Positions 10,039 through 19,838 of a stretch of 64,000 bases of DNA are shown in pieces. Location: positions 4,192-68,191 of the forward strand of contig JABUEY010000002.1 in NCBI GenBank assembly GCA_013314815.1, written 5' to 3'. A program made the position numbers and the translations under genes. The stretch is from Syntrophobacteraceae bacterium. Lineage in GTDB: Bacteria > Desulfobacterota > Syntrophobacteria > Syntrophobacterales > Syntrophobacteraceae. The notes beneath the pieces are model-generated. The model was given only the letters and a program-made list of their open reading frames with translations, did no database searches and was not told where the DNA came from. Numbering within the stretch: position 1 is the first letter of the stretch; the number at the start of each line of letters is the position of its first letter.

Positions 10039-10920
10039 ATGATCAGCGTGGTGATCCCGACCTTCAACCGCAGCGCCTTTGTCAAGGAAGCCGTAGCTTC
10101 CGCATTGGCCCAGGTGAATGTTGACATGGAGGTGATCGTGGTGGATGACGGATCTACGGACGATACCGGCGAGGTGCTCCGAGATTTTGGAGACAGAATC
10201 ACCGTTTACCGCCAGGAAAACGCCGGGGTGAGTTCGGCGCGCAATACGGGAATCCGCAATGCAAAGGGCGACTGGATCGCGTTTCTCGATTCGGACGACC
10301 TGTGGCTGCCTCGAAAACTATCGGCCCAGTCGAGTTTTCTGTCCGCCCGCCCGGAGCTCGGGATCTGCCAGACGGAGGAAATCTGGGTGAGAAACGGCCG
10401 CCGCGTCAATCCTAAAAAACACCACAAAAAACCGGACGGACACTGCTTCGCCGACATGCTGGAACGCTGCCTGGTCAGTCCGTCGGCTGTCATGATCCAC
10501 AGGGATATCTTTCTCGATGTGGGGTTGTTCGACGAGAGCCTCCCCGCCTGCGAGGATTACGATATGTGGCTGCGCATCGGCCTGCGATACCCCATCGGTC
10601 TGCTTCGGGAGGCTCTGACCATCAAGCGGGGAGGTCACGCGGACCAGCTTTCAGCAAGCACTCCCGCCCTGGACCGCTACCGGATAAGGTCGCTCGCCGG
10701 GCTTCTCGGAAGGGAGACGCTGAACAGAGACCAGCAGGAACTGGTTCTGAGCGTAATAGAGAAGAAATCGCACATTTATGGAATCGGGTGTCTGCGGCGT
10801 GGCCGCGTGGACGAGGCACAAACGGTGCGGTCTCTTGCCCGGAATCTGCGCAGAGAACTGCAGACAGCGGATGCCTCGGCTCCGGCGTGCTGCATCGCAG
10901 GCCGGCCTTTCGGCGAGTGA
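10039..10920 (+). CDS. Family 2 glycosyltransferase
   Basis: Probable start is ATG 10039 (MISVVIPTFNR). GT2 hallmarks are present: VVDDGSTDDT and DSDD (DxD). Confidence 0.8.
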   Translation: MISVVIPTFNRSAFVKEAVASALAQVNVDMEVIVVDDGSTDDTGEVLRDFGDRITVYRQENAGVSSARNTGIRNAKGDWIAFLDSDDLWLPRKLSAQSSFLSARPELGICQTEEIWVRNGRRVNPKKHHKKPDGHCFADMLERCLVSPSAVMIHRDIFLDVGLFDESLPACEDYDMWLRIGLRYPIGLLREALTIKRGGHADQLSASTPALDRYRIRSLAGLLGRETLNRDQQELVLSVIEKKSHIYGIGCLRRGRVDEAQTVRSLARNLRRELQTADASAPACCIAGRPFGE

Positions 10921-12138
10921 TCATCGCCCCTCGATGCTTCTGAATCTGCCTTCCCGGTAGACGGTCGCCTGTACGGACCGTTGTGCTCGGCCCCCTTCAT
11001 CGAACCAGACGGTTCCGATCGATCCGGTCTGGGGTTCTTCTCGGGTGAGTTTTCCGACAAGGGACTGCCTCACATTTTTTCTGGAAATCGAGCCACCCGC
11101 CATTGCGCTGTTTACCCAGCAAGCCGTGTCAGAGCCCAGCGCAGCCAGTTCATCGGGTTCGCGCAGGACGCTCCGCAGGAAGACCGAGCGAAATGCCTTC
11201 GCTTTCTCGTTTTTCTCCGGGTCGAACACGAAGGGCCTCAGTACGATAAACCCTCCCTCGGGGTTGCACGGGAGATCGTCCAGGAACTCGCGTGTGAAGG
11301 TCCGCGGAAGAACCACCTGCCCCTTGAATCCACTCTCGCAAAGGCCGCGAACCATGGAGATTCCCCATAAGGGGGAACCGGCAAGAAAGATTCCCCGGCA
11401 ATCCGTGAGGACTGGAGTCCCCTTCATTCCCTCCTCAATTCGGGTGTTATCCTCCTCATGAGCGGCATGCTGGAATTCAAGCTCTTCCAGCGCGGCTCCC
11501 TCCTTGAAGGCCTCGGCGAGCAGCCTGCCGTATGCACTCTCTTCAGAAACGATGCAGACTCCCTTGCCGGCGGCCGCCTGTTTCAACGTTCGCGCGGCGG
11601 CCAGGCCGTCTTCCCGGTCCGGAGGAACAAAGGACAGTATGCCTGCTTGGCCGGCGAGTTTCTGGTGCGATCCGGCCGGGACCAGGACGACGAGGTTCGC
11701 CCTGGAACACAATGGAACGATCTCCGTGAGCTGAGAAACAGGAAGGTGGGCGACAACCAGGACTGTTTCCCGGTTTGCCGCCAGTTCCCTGACCAGCTCG
11801 AGCAAGTCGGGAGTCGGCCTGTTCCCGTCGTGAAACGAAAAGTTCACGGATGCCCCGGGCTGGTCGGTTTCCCTGAGGGCCGTCTCCATTCCTTTACGGA
11901 ACATTTCACCGTCCTCGGCGAACAGCCCGGAAAGAGGCACAATGACCGCGACCCGGGGCTGGCCGGGGGAAGGCTGAACCGTGTCGAGCTTCTCTTCCAG
12001 GGTAGCAGACCGGTCAGGGGAACCGCCGAACATCAGATAGGACACAACAAGAGCCAGCAGCAGTATCGGGACGCCCACCATGAGCAGCCTCAACTTGTTC
12101 TTCCGGTCGGTAAAGGAAGGGTAAGCCCTGACTTTCAT
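10921..12138 (-). CDS. Membrane-anchored periplasmic-binding-protein type 1 (LivK-like) protein
   Basis: 405 aa. N-terminal TM anchor (LLMVGVPILLLALVVSYLMF), then a PBP1-like start VAVIVPLSGLFAEDGEMFRKGMETAL. The start overlaps the der stop (ATGA). Confidence 0.55.
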   Translation of the reverse strand: MKVRAYPSFTDRKNKLRLLMVGVPILLLALVVSYLMFGGSPDRSATLEEKLDTVQPSPGQPRVAVIVPLSGLFAEDGEMFRKGMETALRETDQPGASVNFSFHDGNRPTPDLLELVRELAANRETVLVVAHLPVSQLTEIVPLCSRANLVVLVPAGSHQKLAGQAGILSFVPPDREDGLAAARTLKQAAAGKGVCIVSEESAYGRLLAEAFKEGAALEELEFQHAAHEEDNTRIEEGMKGTPVLTDCRGIFLAGSPLWGISMVRGLCESGFKGQVVLPRTFTREFLDDLPCNPEGGFIVLRPFVFDPEKNEKAKAFRSVFLRSVLREPDELAALGSDTACWVNSAMAGGSISRKNVRQSLVGKLTREEPQTGSIGTVWFDEGGRAQRSVQATVYREGRFRSIEGR

Positions 12139-13463
12139 TTTTCTCCTCTCTGCCGTCCCCGAAAGACGAGGCGGATGGGTGTCCTGGTCAGGCCGAATTC
12201 CTCTCTGAAGCTGTTTACCAGGTAGCGCTCGTAGGAAAAATGGATCGAATCCGGGTAATTGCAGAAAAGAACGAAAGTCGGCGGCCGGGTGGATGCCTGT
12301 GTCGCGTAGTAGAATTTAAGCCTGCGAGTGCCGGCGTAGGGCGGTTCGTGTTTTGCCACTGCGTGTTCGAGGGCGCGGTTGACGACTCCCGTGGTTATGC
12401 GCTGATTGTATTGGGCGAAGACTTCGAGAACCGTCGGAAGGATTCTTGACACACGCTTTCCCGTCGCCGCGGAGAAGGTCAGGACGGGAGCGAACGGAAA
12501 GAACCGGAAGCGACCGCGCACTTCGTCGAGCAGCCGCCTGGCGAGCCTGGCATCGCTTTCCACGGCATCCCACTTGTTGACGCCGATGATGCAGGCACGC
12601 GAACGTTCCTGGATATAACCGGCTATGTGGAGATCCTGGTCGGTGATTCCTTCCACGGCGTCGAGGACGATAATGGCCACATGGCTGCGTTCGACACTCT
12701 GAAGTGCCCGGATGATGCTGATCCTTTCGAGCTTTTCCTTGGTCCTGCCCTTGCGGCGTATGCCCGCCGTGTCGATGAGCACGTAGCGGCGGCCCTGCCT
12801 TTGAAAAGCTGAATCCACGGAATCGCGGGTGGTGCCCGGCACCGGGCTGACGATGACTCGATGCGATCCCAGGATGCGGTTGACGAGCGTAGACTTTCCC
12901 ACGTTGGGGCGCCCGACGATGGCGATCCTGATCTCGTCGACTTCGGGTTCTTGGCCGGATTCTGCGTCCGCGGCGGGAATGTCCGCGGCGACGTCGGAAA
13001 GGAGTTCAGACACGCCGAGGCCGTGAGCGGAACTGACGGAGTATATCCGGTCGAATCCCAGTTCGTAGAATTCCGAGATGTTGCCGAACTGTTCCGGGCC
13101 GTCCACTTTGTTCACCACGTGGAACACGGGCTTCGAAGAACGGCGCAGCAGGTCCGCCAGAACCATGTCTTCCGGGTGCAGCCCGACCTTTGCATCGGTC
13201 ACAAAGAGCAGCAGGTCGGCCTCGTCCAGGGCCAGAAGTATCTGCTCCCTCGTCTTCTCCTCGATAAACGAACTGTCTGTGCTGATGAACCCGCCCGTAT
13301 CGACCAGGACGAAAGGCCTGCCCTCCCAGTTGATCCGGGCATAGTTCCTGTCGCGGGTGACTCCAGGCAGATCGTCCACCAGTGCCCGGTTTCTCCTGCC
13401 GATCCTGTTGAAAAGAGTTGATTTGCCCACGTTGGGTCTGCCGACAATGGCAACGACTTTCAT
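12135..13463 (-). CDS. der: Ribosome-associated GTPase Der (EngA)
   Basis: Two tandem G domains (GRPNVGKSTLFNR and GRPNVGKSTLVNR, each followed by DTGG/DTAG) plus a C-terminal KH-like tail. Confidence 0.95.
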   Translation of the reverse strand: MKVVAIVGRPNVGKSTLFNRIGRRNRALVDDLPGVTRDRNYARINWEGRPFVLVDTGGFISTDSSFIEEKTREQILLALDEADLLLFVTDAKVGLHPEDMVLADLLRRSSKPVFHVVNKVDGPEQFGNISEFYELGFDRIYSVSSAHGLGVSELLSDVAADIPAADAESGQEPEVDEIRIAIVGRPNVGKSTLVNRILGSHRVIVSPVPGTTRDSVDSAFQRQGRRYVLIDTAGIRRKGRTKEKLERISIIRALQSVERSHVAIIVLDAVEGITDQDLHIAGYIQERSRACIIGVNKWDAVESDARLARRLLDEVRGRFRFFPFAPVLTFSAATGKRVSRILPTVLEVFAQYNQRITTGVVNRALEHAVAKHEPPYAGTRRLKFYYATQASTRPPTFVLFCNYPDSIHFSYERYLVNSFREEFGLTRTPIRLVFRGRQRGEK

Positions 13464-13592
13464 TGAATGATCATTCCCTTACCGGACCGCACCGGTTTTG
13501 CTGTGAATTTCCGGAACACATTCAAGGTTATGCGCTCCGTTCCAAATGGTCAAGATACAAGAATCCCCACTCTGCGGCCGACTGTTCCGGCT

Positions 13593-14255
13593 CTATCCCC
13601 GCAGGGCCATGAGAAAGCGCTGCATGGACTTGTTCGAACACAGAAGGACCAGCACGTCTTCCTGGCGAATCACATAGTCGGCCTTGGGAATAAAGGTCAA
13701 ACGGTTGTCCCTGGAATCGCGGATGGCAATGACTTGGATGTTGAACCGGTTGATCAGGTCCAGTTCCCGGAGATTCTTCCCCTGGAGGCTTTCGATATGG
13801 TCCAGTTCAAAAATTCCGTAATCCTTGATGGAAGGAAGATACTGGAGCATATTGGGATTTTCGATCCGTCCGGCAAGGCTCAAGGCCAGGTCCTTTTCAG
13901 GAAAAAGAATCTCATCGGCTCCGATGCGTTCGAGTATCTGCCCGTGTTCCTCGCTGAGCGCCTTGGCATAGACCCGTTTTACGCCGAGTTCCTTGAGGTG
14001 GAAGGTGGTCAGGATGCTTGCCAGCATGTTGGTGCCGATGGTGACCACTGCGAGGTCCGCCTGGGCGATGCCGAGGGTATGAAGGGTCTCCTTTTCGGTC
14101 GAATCCGCGATGATGGCCTGGCTGATTTCACTCCTCACACGCTGCACAAGCTCCTGCTGGATGTCGAGGCCAATCACGTCGAAGCCTCTTCTGTAGAGTT
14201 CCTTTCCAAGATAGTAACCGAAATTGCCGAGCCCTATCACGGCGATTTGACGCAT
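13593..14255 (-). CDS. trkA: K+ uptake regulatory subunit TrkA/KtrA (RCK_N + RCK_C)
   Basis: 220 aa with a GLGNFG Rossmann motif. It lies immediately downstream of trkH. Confidence 0.9.
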   Translation of the reverse strand: MRQIAVIGLGNFGYYLGKELYRRGFDVIGLDIQQELVQRVRSEISQAIIADSTEKETLHTLGIAQADLAVVTIGTNMLASILTTFHLKELGVKRVYAKALSEEHGQILERIGADEILFPEKDLALSLAGRIENPNMLQYLPSIKDYGIFELDHIESLQGKNLRELDLINRFNIQVIAIRDSRDNRLTFIPKADYVIRQEDVLVLLCSNKSMQRFLMALRG

Positions 14256-14264
14256 TGGCTTACC

Positions 14265-15632
14265 TCATCCGATCATGATACGTTCTTCCGCATAAAGAAA
14301 TTTCCCCTTCCCGCGGGGAGGCTGTATGGCCATGGCGATCACCAGCGGGCCGAGCCTCCCGGTGAACATCAGGATGACCAGCATGAATTTCCCCCACGGC
14401 GACAGCTGCGACGTAACCCCCATGCTCAGACCCACCGTGCCGAAGGCCGAAACCGATTCGAACAGAAGCTCCAGGAACAGTCCGCGCGTTGCGTCGTGGG
14501 GCACGGTCCCCGCCTGGGTGATGACCAGCCCTGCCGTTCCGGTCAGAACGATCACCACCGACAGTACAAATATACCGAAAGCTCGGTTGATCGTCTCCGG
14601 AGAAATGGATCTTTTGAAGGCATGCACGTTGTCCATTCCCGAAAGACGGCTCCGGGTCAACGCGAGAAATACCCCCATAGTCGTCGTCTTGATTCCTCCC
14701 CCCGTCGAACCGGGGGAAGCGCCGATGAACATGAACAAAAGAGTGCCAAGAAGAGTGATGTTGTTCATGGAAGCGTAATCGAGGGTATTGAATCCCGCCG
14801 TCCTGGGTGTGACCGCCTGGAACCACGATGCAAGCAGTTTCCCCGGCAAGGACAGGCCTTCCAGGGCGTTGGACCATTCACTCAACAGGAAGAAGACGGT
14901 GCCTAATGCCAAAAGACTCGAGGTCATGGTGATCACGAGCCTGGAATGCAGGGAAAGGCGATTCCAGTAAGGACCCGGCGACGAGCCTGGCCGTGTTGAC
15001 CTGACGACCTCATGGAGCACCATGAAGCCGATTCCCCCGAGAATGATCAGGACCGTAACGGTCAGGTTGAGCAGAACGTCGCCGCGGTAGTCCATGAACG
15101 AGTTGGAAAAGAGGCTGAAGCCGGCGTTGCAGAACGCGCTGACGGCGTGAAAACCGGCATGGTACAGGGCTTCCGAAGCTTCGAAGCGGTCTTTGAAACG
15201 GAGGTACAGCAGCAGGGTTCCCGCAGCTTCGAAAGACAGAGCAAAGAGGATCACCCGGCGAAGCAGGATGTGAAGGTCCGCCTGTGGGCTGTGTGCGAAG
15301 ATATCCTGCACGATAAAGCGCGACTGGAAAGGGATGGAACGGCCCATTGCGAGCAGGAAGACGGTGGATACGGTCATGGTTCCCAGTCCTCCCAGCTGAA
15401 TGAGGGCGAGGATGGTGAACTGTCCCCACGTGGTGAGTTCGCTGCCGATGTCGACTACGGCCAGCCCCGTGACGCAGGTCGCCGAGGTGGACATGAACAG
15501 GGCGTCCATGAAGGAAAGGTGCGTTCCCGAGGCCGTGGGGAGCGCTTCCAGAACAACGGCTCCGAGAGTGATAACGGTTAGAAATCCGACAACAGGGTAT
15601 AGGGAAGGGGACAGATGAGCAAACTTTCGCAT
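14265..15632 (-). CDS. trkH: K+ transporter TrkH/KtrB family
   Basis: Polytopic membrane protein with repeated selectivity-filter-like GLS/GxG segments (TGLAVVD, GGLGTMT, SAFCNAGFS, TGGGIKT, SAFGTVGLS). Probable start is ATG 15632 (MRKFAHLSPS); the track ORF extends to 15818. Confidence 0.9.
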   Translation of the reverse strand: MRKFAHLSPSLYPVVGFLTVITLGAVVLEALPTASGTHLSFMDALFMSTSATCVTGLAVVDIGSELTTWGQFTILALIQLGGLGTMTVSTVFLLAMGRSIPFQSRFIVQDIFAHSPQADLHILLRRVILFALSFEAAGTLLLYLRFKDRFEASEALYHAGFHAVSAFCNAGFSLFSNSFMDYRGDVLLNLTVTVLIILGGIGFMVLHEVVRSTRPGSSPGPYWNRLSLHSRLVITMTSSLLALGTVFFLLSEWSNALEGLSLPGKLLASWFQAVTPRTAGFNTLDYASMNNITLLGTLLFMFIGASPGSTGGGIKTTTMGVFLALTRSRLSGMDNVHAFKRSISPETINRAFGIFVLSVVIVLTGTAGLVITQAGTVPHDATRGLFLELLFESVSAFGTVGLSMGVTSQLSPWGKFMLVILMFTGRLGPLVIAMAIQPPRGKGKFLYAEERIMIG

Positions 15633-15899
15633 CTTCGGAGTCTCTCCGAGAAACAGGATTGGCCAAAGGGTTCCTCTGCAACCTGGCAGTGACGAACGAT
15701 GGAACAAGAACGACCCGGGAGGGAGCCCCGGGTGCCGGGCCGCCCTGCGGCACGGCCACAAGGCTGTGGACCCCCCGTTCTGTGGAGCAACTTTGTCACG
15801 CGAAAGACAAATAATCAATTGAAGTTTGCTGCATCTTGATTATAAGGATGCTCTGTAATCTTACGAGGTGGTTTATTCCCTGCAGTGATTGGATGGTCC

Positions 15900-17795
15900 A
15901 TGGCCCGTGATCTGGAATCGTCTTCCTCTCCGAAACCGGCTGCAATGGGGCTGTACCTGGGTGCCCTGGGAGTCGTATTCGGAGACATCGGCACCAGCCC
16001 TCTTTATGCCGTCAAGGAATGCTTTCACGGCATTCATGCCATTGCACTGAATCCGACCAACGTCCTGGGTGTGCTGTCCCTCGTCTTCTGGTCACTCACC
16101 ATGGTCATTGCGGTGAAATACCTCACCTTCATCACGCGGGCCGACAACAGGGGCGAAGGCGGTATATTTGCACTTCTCGCCCTTGTCCCTTCCTCGGAAA
16201 GAAAACTGTCCCGGCGCACAAGGTCCGCCGTCGTCTTTGCCGCCCTGGTGGGAGCCTCGCTGCTCTACGGGGACGGCTTCATCACTCCCGCCATTTCCGT
16301 TCTGTCCGCCATCGAGGGACTCGAAGTGGCCACCGATGCCGCTCATGACCTGGTCGTTCCCCTCACCTGCGGAATTCTGCTGGCGCTCTTTCTCGTCCAG
16401 AGCCGGGGAACGTCGGGTATCGGAAAGATCTTCGGCCCCGTCATGCTGGTGTGGTTTATCGTGCTGGCGGCCCTGGGTTTCGGATATATCGTGAAGAACC
16501 CGACGGTGCTTGCGGCGGTGAACCCGGTTTATGCTTTTAATTTTTTTGCAGAAAACAGGCTGCACGGCATCTTGGTGCTGGGTTCGGTGGTGCTGTGCAT
16601 AACGGGAGGCGAGGCGCTTTACGCGGACATCGGCCATTTTGGGCGGGGCCCCATCCAGCTTTCCTGGTTTTCTCTCGTCTTCCCGTCGCTGCTCCTCAAT
16701 TACTTCGGCCAGGGAGCACTGCTCCTCGAACATCCCGAACTCGCCGTCAACCCCTTTTACGGTCTTGTGCCCAGGGCACTCCTCTACCCCATGGTGGCTC
16801 TTGCTACCATGGCCACAATCATCGCATCCCAGGCGATGATCACAGGAGCCTTTTCTCTGACCCGCCAGGCGGTCCAGCTGGGATATTGTCCTCGAGTGAC
16901 CATCGTGCACACGGCGGCTCATACGGAGGGGCAGATTTATATCCCGGAAGTGAACCGGCTGATGATGGTGGTGTGCATCGCACTCGTGATCGTGTTTCGA
17001 AAGTCGAGCGGGCTCGCGGCCGCCTACGGAGTAGCGGTCACGGCGGACATGGCCATCACCTCCATTGTCTACTTTTTCGTGGCGACACGTGCCTGGGGTT
17101 GGTCCACGGCAAAAACGCTGATCCTCGTGGGGCTTTTCCTTTCCTTCGACCTGACATACTTTGGAGCGAACCTGCTGAAGTTTTTCGACGGCGGTTGGTT
17201 CCCGGTGGCCGTCGCCGTGATGGCCGTCACCATCATGATGACATGGAAGGACGGCAGGGCGGAATTGTACCGCCGCATCCTCAATACCTCCATCTCGCTC
17301 GACCTCTTCATCAGGGACCTGGCCGATCACGATGTATACCGGGTCCCCGGAACAGCCGTGTTCATGGCGTCCTCGTCCCAGTTCACTCCGCCCTCCCTGC
17401 TCCACCACTTCAAACACAACCAGGTATTGCACGGGGAGGTGATACTCCTCACCATCGCGTCCATGGACGTTCCCGCGGTTCCTGATGAAAAAAGACTCAA
17501 GGTGGAGGAACTGGGGCAGGGGTTTTACCGCATCGTCGCCGGCTACGGTTTCATGGAAACGCCCAATGTGCCGCAGTTGATGGACAGGGCTTACAAAGAG
17601 GGTCTGATTCCCTGCGTTCCCCCGGTGAGCTATTACCTGGGCCGTGAAACCCTCATCCCCACCGGCGAATCGGGAATGATGAAATGGCGCAAACAACTGT
17701 TCACTTTTCTTTCTCGAAATTCGCAGAGCCCGACCAATTACTTCGGACTTCCTCCCGGGCAGGTGATCGAACTGGGAGTGCAGATCGTCTTCTGA
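15900..17795 (+). CDS. kup: KUP-family potassium transporter
   Basis: Carries the Kup signature LGALGVVFGDIGTSPLYA and is ~630 aa. The start is either ATG 15900 or GTG 15885. Confidence 0.9.
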   Translation: MARDLESSSSPKPAAMGLYLGALGVVFGDIGTSPLYAVKECFHGIHAIALNPTNVLGVLSLVFWSLTMVIAVKYLTFITRADNRGEGGIFALLALVPSSERKLSRRTRSAVVFAALVGASLLYGDGFITPAISVLSAIEGLEVATDAAHDLVVPLTCGILLALFLVQSRGTSGIGKIFGPVMLVWFIVLAALGFGYIVKNPTVLAAVNPVYAFNFFAENRLHGILVLGSVVLCITGGEALYADIGHFGRGPIQLSWFSLVFPSLLLNYFGQGALLLEHPELAVNPFYGLVPRALLYPMVALATMATIIASQAMITGAFSLTRQAVQLGYCPRVTIVHTAAHTEGQIYIPEVNRLMMVVCIALVIVFRKSSGLAAAYGVAVTADMAITSIVYFFVATRAWGWSTAKTLILVGLFLSFDLTYFGANLLKFFDGGWFPVAVAVMAVTIMMTWKDGRAELYRRILNTSISLDLFIRDLADHDVYRVPGTAVFMASSSQFTPPSLLHHFKHNQVLHGEVILLTIASMDVPAVPDEKRLKVEELGQGFYRIVAGYGFMETPNVPQLMDRAYKEGLIPCVPPVSYYLGRETLIPTGESGMMKWRKQLFTFLSRNSQSPTNYFGLPPGQVIELGVQIVF

Positions 17796-17934
17796 AGTCG
17801 GCCCGGGCCGTGACACGGCAGGAAAAAAGGGGCCAGTCCATATTCACATTCGCCGCGGCATGCCGCCCGGCGTTCGTGGAGCGTTCGTCCAATTCCTCAT
17901 CGGCAGGGCAAAAACGTTTGCATCCGGGTTGTGT

Positions 17935-17952
17935 TTGTGTTATTTAGCACAA
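17935..17952. promoter_or_regulatory. Candidate Rex/CRP-family operator (TTGTGTTATTTAGCACAA) upstream of the hdr locus
   Basis: 18-bp inverted repeat TTGTG-N8-CACAA in an AT-rich spacer ~390 bp upstream of hdrC. It resembles the Rex operator (about TTGTGAA-N4-TTCACAA) and the CRP core TGTGA-N6-TCACA. This is a single site and the inner positions deviate. Confidence 0.25.
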
Positions 17953-18340
17953 TAGTCGGGGGTATTGAGGTTTGATCGTACATTTGTGAAAAAAGGGGTT
18001 AAGCGAGGTGCAGAAAAGAGCATTTGGTGCGTCGGGTGATTCCGGGCTCCTGCGCCATAGCTTTTCTGCGGTTCCCGTTTCTTGCGGCCTTCGGGCGGTC
18101 GACGTCCGCCCTGGACAGCGGGAATTTTCGCATATACTTGATTTTCCGGTAGTCTGTCAACAGCAAATATGTTCTAAGATTCATTACAAGTCAATTGCGG
18201 TTCCGCTTTAAGATCGGTCAGTGAATTTCCCGTTCCCGGGTGCGGACGAACGAGAGAGGGGAGGACGAGGGATGGATGCTGACCTGGAAACTTTCTCCAC
18301 TTTCTTACAATAATCTTTCCTCAGGAGACATTTTACTCAG

Positions 18341-18910
18341 ATGCAGCAGACCGGTTTGAGTCCCGATTTTACTTTCCTGGAAAGAGTGGAAGCGGCCGGG
18401 CCTTTTCATGCAACGGAATGCTTCCAGTGTCGAAAATGTACGAACGGCTGCCCTGCTTCGTTTGCCATGGATCTTTTCCCCGATCAGGTGATCCGCCTGG
18501 CCCTGCTCGGGCAGAAGCAGGAGGTTCTGAGTTCACAGACGATCTGGGTGTGTGCCGCCTGTGAAACATGCAGCACGAGATGTCCCAACGGGGTCCGCAT
18601 CGCGGAGCTCATGGACCATCTCAAGGAAATGGCCGTGAAGGAGGGCGTCCCGTCTCCTCAGCCCCAGGTGCTTGCGCTCCATCAAAGCTTCCTGGAGAAT
18701 GTACGGCTTACCGGCCGGGTTTTCGAGGGAGCGCTGCTTCCCGTGTTTCTGCTGCGCAGCGGGCAGATGAGAAGCAAGATCGAGAAGGGCACCTGGCGCG
18801 ACGAAGCGCGCCTCGGCTGGAAGCTCCTCCGTAAGAAACGGCTGTCACTCCTGCCCACCGTGATCAAGGGGAGAGGTGAAATCAGCGCCATTCTTCGCCC
18901 ATCCAAATAA
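18341..18910 (+). CDS. hdrC: Heterodisulfide reductase subunit C-like (2x[4Fe-4S])
   Basis: Two ferredoxin-type cluster motifs: CFQCRKCTNGCP and CAACETCSTRCP. Size and position ahead of hdrB also fit. Confidence 0.8.
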   Translation: MQQTGLSPDFTFLERVEAAGPFHATECFQCRKCTNGCPASFAMDLFPDQVIRLALLGQKQEVLSSQTIWVCAACETCSTRCPNGVRIAELMDHLKEMAVKEGVPSPQPQVLALHQSFLENVRLTGRVFEGALLPVFLLRSGQMRSKIEKGTWRDEARLGWKLLRKKRLSLLPTVIKGRGEISAILRPSK

Positions 18911-18925
18911 ACAGGGATCCTTATC

Positions 18926-19786
18926 ATGAAGGTGACTTACTATCCGGGATGTTCGTTGGAAGGCACCGCGAGGGATTACGCGGATTCCATTCACGCCGTG
19001 TGTTCTTCTTTCGGGATCGAACTGGAGGAGGTTCCCGACTGGAACTGCTGCGGTGCGACGGCGGCTCACAGCATCAATCACAAGGCCGGCGTGGAACTGC
19101 CGGTGCGGAACCTGAAGCTGGCGGCAACGGTGGCCAACTCCGAAATGCTGGTGCCGTGCCCTCTGTGCTTCAACCGTCTCAAGACGGCCGTATGGCAGTT
19201 GGGCGGGGAGAGCAGCAGCCGGTTTCAGGCCGAGGTGGGGAGTCGGGCTCCGCGCATCTGGGACCTGGCCAACTACTTTGCCGGTGAAGAGATGCTCAGA
19301 AAGATGGAGGCCGCCGTTACAAAGCCCCTCGAAAAGCTCAAAGTCGTCTGCTACTACGGCTGCATGGCGAGTCGGCCGCCTGAGATCACGGGGGCTGCGG
19401 ACCACGAAAACCCGCAGAGTCTCGATCTGATCGTGAAGGCTCTGGGCGCCACGCCCCTTGCATGGCCGTACAAGACCGACTGCTGTGGAGCGAGCCTCAT
19501 GATTTCGAGGCCGGACATGGGCTACAGGCTGGTTGGCAAGCTCTATGACATGGCCTTGCGGGTGGGGGCGGAGGCCGTCGTGGTCTCGTGCCAGATGTGC
19601 CAGAGCAATCTCGATATGTACCAGGACAAGATCGAAGCGGAAATGGGAAGAAAATTTTCCCTTCCCATCATTTACTTTACGGAACTGATCGGCCTTGCGT
19701 GCGGGGTGCCGGGCGCTGAAGGATGGCTGTCGCGGCATTTTACCGACCCGCTCCCCCTGCTCCGCAGGACGGGGATTGCATACTGA
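18926..19786 (+). CDS. hdrB: Heterodisulfide reductase subunit B-like (two CCG domains)
   Basis: Begins MKVTYYPGCSL and carries NCCGA and DCCGASL CCG-type Cys motifs. Confidence 0.85.
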   Translation: MKVTYYPGCSLEGTARDYADSIHAVCSSFGIELEEVPDWNCCGATAAHSINHKAGVELPVRNLKLAATVANSEMLVPCPLCFNRLKTAVWQLGGESSSRFQAEVGSRAPRIWDLANYFAGEEMLRKMEAAVTKPLEKLKVVCYYGCMASRPPEITGAADHENPQSLDLIVKALGATPLAWPYKTDCCGASLMISRPDMGYRLVGKLYDMALRVGAEAVVVSCQMCQSNLDMYQDKIEAEMGRKFSLPIIYFTELIGLACGVPGAEGWLSRHFTDPLPLLRRTGIAY

Positions 19787-19838
19787 AGACAACGCGATTC
19801 TTTTGCTGTTTTGATGCCGTTTAGAAGCGAATCCGCTC

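Noticed and set aside
15633-15830. ydaO-type c-di-AMP riboswitch upstream of trkH.
   Set aside because: Only one short element (ACGGGGGGUCCA) resembles the consensus. The other conserved blocks are not found by eye. It is kept only as an unassigned structured leader.
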